A DNA stretch of 50,215 nt, from positions 1 through 50,215 of the forward strand of contig JANRJP010000079.1 of NCBI GenBank assembly GCA_033763905.1. The letters are read 5' to 3'. How positions within the stretch are numbered: position 1 is the stretch's first letter; each line of letters opens with the position of its first letter. This document shows positions 46,445-50,215 of the stretch, piece after piece. Origin of the DNA: Gemmatimonadaceae bacterium (GTDB lineage Bacteria > Gemmatimonadota > Gemmatimonadetes > Gemmatimonadales > Gemmatimonadaceae). The position numbers were made by a program, and so were the translations under genes. Under the pieces are notes generated by a model. The model did no database searches and was not told where the DNA came from. It worked only from the letters and a program-made list of their open reading frames with translations.

Positions 46445-47119
46445 ATGACGACCGTCCCCGTGACCGCCGAGTCGCGCTCGTTTCTCGAAGAACTCCGGAT
46501 GCAGCGCTGGGATGACCACCGCTACTACCATCAGAGCCGAATCAATCAGGCCCTCCACCTGTTGAGCGCCTGCTGCTTTCTGGCCACGTACGCGTTGATG
46601 TTCTCACATCCCGCGATCGCCGCGTTCCTCGGCTGGATCGTGGCGATGTGGGTGCGGCAGATTGGTCACTTCTTCTTCGAACCGCGCGGCTTCGATCACG
46701 TCAACAACGCCTCCTTCGAACACAAGGAGGAGATCAAGCTCGGATACAATCTTCGCCGCAAGGTGATCCTGCTGTCGATCTGGATCGCGATTCCGGTCAT
46801 CCTGTGGTTCGAGCCGACCGGGTTCGGTCTGGTCGACGGATGGCAGACCACGTCGGAGTACCTCGACACGGTGGGCGCCGCGTGGCTGTGGCTCGGGTTT
46901 GGTGGCGTCGCCGCGCGGTCGTTGTGGCTTTGCGCGACGCACAGCGTGCAGACCGGGCTCGTCTGGGGCACCAAGATCATCACTGACCCGATCAACGACA
47001 TCCAGTTCTACTGGAAGTCGCCGCTCAAGCTCCTGCAGGGTGAGCTGATCGATCCGATGACGCACGTGGCGACGCACGAAACAGCGCCTGACGAGTCTCG
47101 CGAAGCACCCGCTGCTTGA
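46445..47119 (+). CDS. Mpo1-like (DUF962) membrane protein
   Basis: YYHQSRINQALH and RQIGHFFFE His motifs; several TM segments; starts immediately after psd stop. Confidence 0.75.
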   Translation: MTTVPVTAESRSFLEELRMQRWDDHRYYHQSRINQALHLLSACCFLATYALMFSHPAIAAFLGWIVAMWVRQIGHFFFEPRGFDHVNNASFEHKEEIKLGYNLRRKVILLSIWIAIPVILWFEPTGFGLVDGWQTTSEYLDTVGAAWLWLGFGGVAARSLWLCATHSVQTGLVWGTKIITDPINDIQFYWKSPLKLLQGELIDPMTHVATHETAPDESREAPAA

Positions 47120-48806
47120 TCGACCGGACGACGGCGTGATCCGGCACGTCCGGGTCACGCCAGAACCATCCGTCCTGCTGCATCTCGACCGCAGCGGCGA
47201 CGAAGCGATCGAAGATCGCGTCGCAATCGGTCTCGGACAGGTCGTGACTGAGGATGAACCGGCCAGTGCCGATCCAGCCCATCGTGAGCCCGTGCGCGCG
47301 CAGGTAGTACTGCAGCAGCCAGTGATAGCGACCTGGTTGAGTGAAGCGGGTCATCCACACCGACACTAGGTGTGAGACACGCACGGGGACGCCGGCGGCC
47401 TCGAGCCGTCCATTGAGGCGCGCCACCCGCGACGTCCAGCGTTCCTCCAGACCGCGGTACGTGTCGCGAATGTCGTCATCCTCGAGCCGACGGAGGAAGG
47501 CCGCCATGGCGGCCATCACCTGCGGGTGCGCGTTGAAGGTGCCGCGGGCGAAGCACAGATCAGCGGCCTTGCCGTCCTTGAAGCGGCGCATCAGCGGGGC
47601 CTTGCCACAGAGCACCCCGATCGGGAGCCCCCCACCGAGCGTCTTGCCATAGGTCACGAGATCCGCTCGGACGCCGAAGTACTCTTGCGCGCCACCGAGT
47701 CCGAGGCGGAATCCCAGGAACACCTCATCGAAAATGAGGACGATTCGCCGTTCGTCACACACGGCGCGCAGATCGCGAAGCCAGGCGCGATACGCATCGA
47801 GATCCGCGCCGGTCGGCCGCTGTCCGGTCACAAGCGTTGCGTCCGTCGGTGGTCCGCTATTGGGATGCATCGCCTGGATCGGATTGACCAGGACGGCCGC
47901 GATGTCGTCGCGGGCGCGGAGGACCGCCAGTGTGCGCTCACGCATCTCGGGGAGCGTGTACACCTCGCCGACCGGACGCGGGTTCCCGGGACCAGCCTGC
48001 ACGCCGTCCGACCAGCCGTGGTACGCCCCGACGAACCGCACGATGTGACTGCGTCCGGTGTGATATCGCGCGAGGCGCATCGCCTGCATCACCGCCTCGG
48101 TACCGGACATATGGAACGACACTTCGTCCATTCCCGAGATTGCGCAGAGTCGATCGACGTTTTCCTGGACGACTGGATGATAGGGACCGAGTATCGTGCC
48201 GAACGCGGCGGCCTCTGCCGCTGCCGACTCGAGACAGCGCTTGTAGAACTCGTGGCCGAAGAGGTTCACCCCATACGAGCCGCCCAAATCCCAGGACCAA
48301 TTCCCGTCCAGATCGCGCACACGCGGGCCGTCGGTCTCGTCGACGAACGACCCGACCGGCAGATGGGCCTCCACCAGTCGGCGGAACTGGAAGGGCACCC
48401 GGTGAGCATTCACGAACGCGGCATCCGACACCCGCGCCGCGATGGCTCCACTGGCGGCCAAGGTCTTCGGCGACCGTTCGCGACTCAGCTGCGCCAAGCG
48501 ATTGAAGGCTGCACGACGGCGGGCGACCACCGTCGCCGGCGCGCCGTCGACGCCGAAGGCCTCGTGCTCGGCGTAGTGGTACTCCGGGAGCCAGCGGCTG
48601 AGCCGGAGCGCGATCCGCGGGTGGCCGAGGAGCGACGGATGCTTCGCCCAAGACAGTCGAAGTCGCTCTACCGCTCGCCAGAGCGGATTGAGCCGCCAGT
48701 GCCAGGAGCGCGGGCGGGCGACCCAGGCATCGACGGTGGCAACCGCTCGCGCCGCGGCGGGTTCGGCCCGGGTATCCGTCGGCGCAGGAAAGGCGAGGTG
48801 AGTCAC
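47025..48806 (-). CDS. Class III PLP aminotransferase, HemL/GSA-like with N-terminal extension
   Basis: DLDGN, SGTEAVMQAMRLAR, GAYHG, LIFDEVFLGFR, TYGKTLGGGLP, GTFNAHP; start uncertain (GTG 48806 or ATG 48866). Confidence 0.88.
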   Translation of the reverse strand: MTHLAFPAPTDTRAEPAAARAVATVDAWVARPRSWHWRLNPLWRAVERLRLSWAKHPSLLGHPRIALRLSRWLPEYHYAEHEAFGVDGAPATVVARRRAAFNRLAQLSRERSPKTLAASGAIAARVSDAAFVNAHRVPFQFRRLVEAHLPVGSFVDETDGPRVRDLDGNWSWDLGGSYGVNLFGHEFYKRCLESAAAEAAAFGTILGPYHPVVQENVDRLCAISGMDEVSFHMSGTEAVMQAMRLARYHTGRSHIVRFVGAYHGWSDGVQAGPGNPRPVGEVYTLPEMRERTLAVLRARDDIAAVLVNPIQAMHPNSGPPTDATLVTGQRPTGADLDAYRAWLRDLRAVCDERRIVLIFDEVFLGFRLGLGGAQEYFGVRADLVTYGKTLGGGLPIGVLCGKAPLMRRFKDGKAADLCFARGTFNAHPQVMAAMAAFLRRLEDDDIRDTYRGLEERWTSRVARLNGRLEAAGVPVRVSHLVSVWMTRFTQPGRYHWLLQYYLRAHGLTMGWIGTGRFILSHDLSETDCDAIFDRFVAAAVEMQQDGWFWRDPDVPDHAVVRSIKQRVLRETRQALFRASPRASSDRSAHPAGA

Positions 48807-48965
48807 GGCAGGGAGTGACGGGTTTGTTGCCGTTCGCGGGAGAGCCGTGAAGTATTCTAGGGTCATTCGTCCGTCGCGCGGTGTCGGCGCGATGGCGGTT
48901 GCCAACTTGTGACGGTGTCGCCGACTTCGCGTGTCCCTGTCACGTACCCTCCGACTGCTCGCACG

Positions 48966-50215
48966 ATGCAACGCCGCGACTTTCTTCTTCGCACTGGCCT
49001 CTCGCTCGGCGCGCTCGCGTTGCCCGAGCGTCTGCTGGCCGATCCGTATGCTCCGCTGCCGACGGTCACGACCGGCGCGGCTTCGCGACGCATTCGCGGC
49101 CGCGTAACCGGGAACGGCCAACCGTTGCGCGATGTGCGCGTGTCGGATGGTCTGTCGGTGGTTCGCACCGGTGCCGACGGTAGCTACACGCTGGTCACGG
49201 ACGGTCGACGGCCGTTCGTCTTCGTCTCGACGCCATCCGGGTGGCAACCCGCGCGGAATGCCGTCGGCACCGCCCGATTCTACGCGCCGATTGGCGACGC
49301 GAGCGAGCAGCGCGCCGACTTCGCGCTGGTGCCCAGGCCAGCCGACGCACGCCACGCCGTGCTGGTGCTTGCCGATCCGCAGACGCAGACGCGCGAAGAG
49401 ACGGATATGCTGCACGCCGAGACCGTCCCCGACGTGATGGCCACGGCACGTCGCCTGGGCGACACACCGGTCATCGGCCTCGCCTGCGGCGACATCATGT
49501 TCGACGATCTGTCGCTGTATCCGGAGTGGGAGCGCGCCGTCCAGCGGATGGGCGTGCCCTTCTACCAGGTGATCGGCAATCACGATCTCGATTTCGAGTC
49601 GCGCACCGATGAAGGGGCGGGCGCCACGTTCCGGAGCCGGTTCGGCCCGACGGCGTACTCGTTCGACATCGGCGCCATTCACTACATCGTGCTCGACAAT
49701 GTCTTCTGGCACGGTGCGGGCTACCTCGGCTATGTCGACGCCGACCAGCTGGCCTGGATGGCGGCGGACCTCGCGACCGTGGAGCGCGGTCGCACGGTGG
49801 TGGTGTTCCAGCACATTCCGGCCCTGAGCACCTACGATCAGCGTACCACCAACGCCAAGCGACCGAGCCCCGGCAACTCGCAGATGAACCGCGAGGCGGT
49901 CTACCGGCTCCTTGAACCCTATCGCGGATACATCGTCTCCGGGCACCAGCACGAATTGGAGCACGTGGCCGAAGGCGGCGCGCGCCACGTCGTGTCTGGC
50001 GCCGTCTGCGGGGCGTGGTGGAGCGGTCCGATCTGCTATGACGGGACGCCGAACGGCTATCTGCTGATGGAGGCGTCAGACGAGCGCGTCTCGTGGCGAT
50101 ACCAGAGCACCGGCAAGCCGATCGAGCATCAAATGCGCGTGTACGGCCGCGGGGCCGACGCGACGGCACCGGACGAGATCGTAGCCAACGTGTGGGCGTG
50201 GGACGCGTCGTGGAC
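48966..50215 (+). CDS. Tat-exported calcineurin-like metallophosphoesterase (3' end outside window)
   Basis: Not in ORF track; hand translation gives MQRRDFLLRTG, VRVSDG, ADPQ, GDIMFD, GNHD, HIP, SGHQH, GAVCGAWW, DGTPNGY. Confidence 0.9.
   Translation, partial: MQRRDFLLRTGLSLGALALPERLLADPYAPLPTVTTGAASRRIRGRVTGNGQPLRDVRVSDGLSVVRTGADGSYTLVTDGRRPFVFVSTPSGWQPARNAVGTARFYAPIGDASEQRADFALVPRPADARHAVLVLADPQTQTREETDMLHAETVPDVMATARRLGDTPVIGLACGDIMFDDLSLYPEWERAVQRMGVPFYQVIGNHDLDFESRTDEGAGATFRSRFGPTAYSFDIGAIHYIVLDNVFWHGAGYLGYVDADQLAWMAADLATVERGRTVVVFQHIPALSTYDQRTTNAKRPSPGNSQMNREAVYRLLEPYRGYIVSGHQHELEHVAEGGARHVVSGAVCGAWWSGPICYDGTPNGYLLMEASDERVSWRYQSTGKPIEHQMRVYGRGADATAPDEIVANVWAWDASW

Noticed and set aside
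48907..48943. Pho-box-like TGTCAC half sites upstream of the phosphoesterase
   Set aside because: Only one good half site and a weak one 22 bp away; not distinguishable from chance
47025..49988. 987-aa aminotransferase fusion
   Set aside because: The first ~380 aa are the antisense of the Tat metallophosphoesterase gene

Overview
High-GC bacterial chromosomal window. A Gemmatimonadota-like origin is inferred from the membrane Ser/Thr kinase type, the Oar-like receptor and the group 2a hydrogenase; no marker gene confirms it. The main element is a ~17 kb group 2a (Huc/Hup-type) [NiFe]-hydrogenase locus at 28738-45325. It has a divergent hypF, then hucM-like, hypA, hypB, a GAF-GAF kinase/NarL-type regulator pair, small and large subunits, maturation protease, the conserved accessory run (two small proteins, TPR, helical hypothetical, NifU-Rieske, NHL) and hypCDE. 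Its unusual points are an internally duplicated HucM-like protein, an embedded two-component system and shared promoter motifs. The left part holds a secreted acetamidase/formamidase, a kinase, a WYL regulator module, a DUF6812x2-GspE_N protein without an ATPase domain, a PilX/FimT/PilV/PilW minor-pilin cluster followed by a large beta-helix/RCC1/leishmanolysin-like protein, an Oar-like receptor, an OmpR-type two-component system, Zn-independent L33 with a COG0523 GTPase, NmrA/AraC, PepSY, TPR, a beta-barrel, DinB and an AT3-SGNH acyltransferase. The right end holds an uncharacterised Psd-like + Mpo1-like + class III aminotransferase trio (candidate lipid-modifying pathway) and a Tat metallophosphoesterase. 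No rRNA, tRNA, CRISPR array or transposase was recognised. All family calls come from motif recognition by eye, not database searches.
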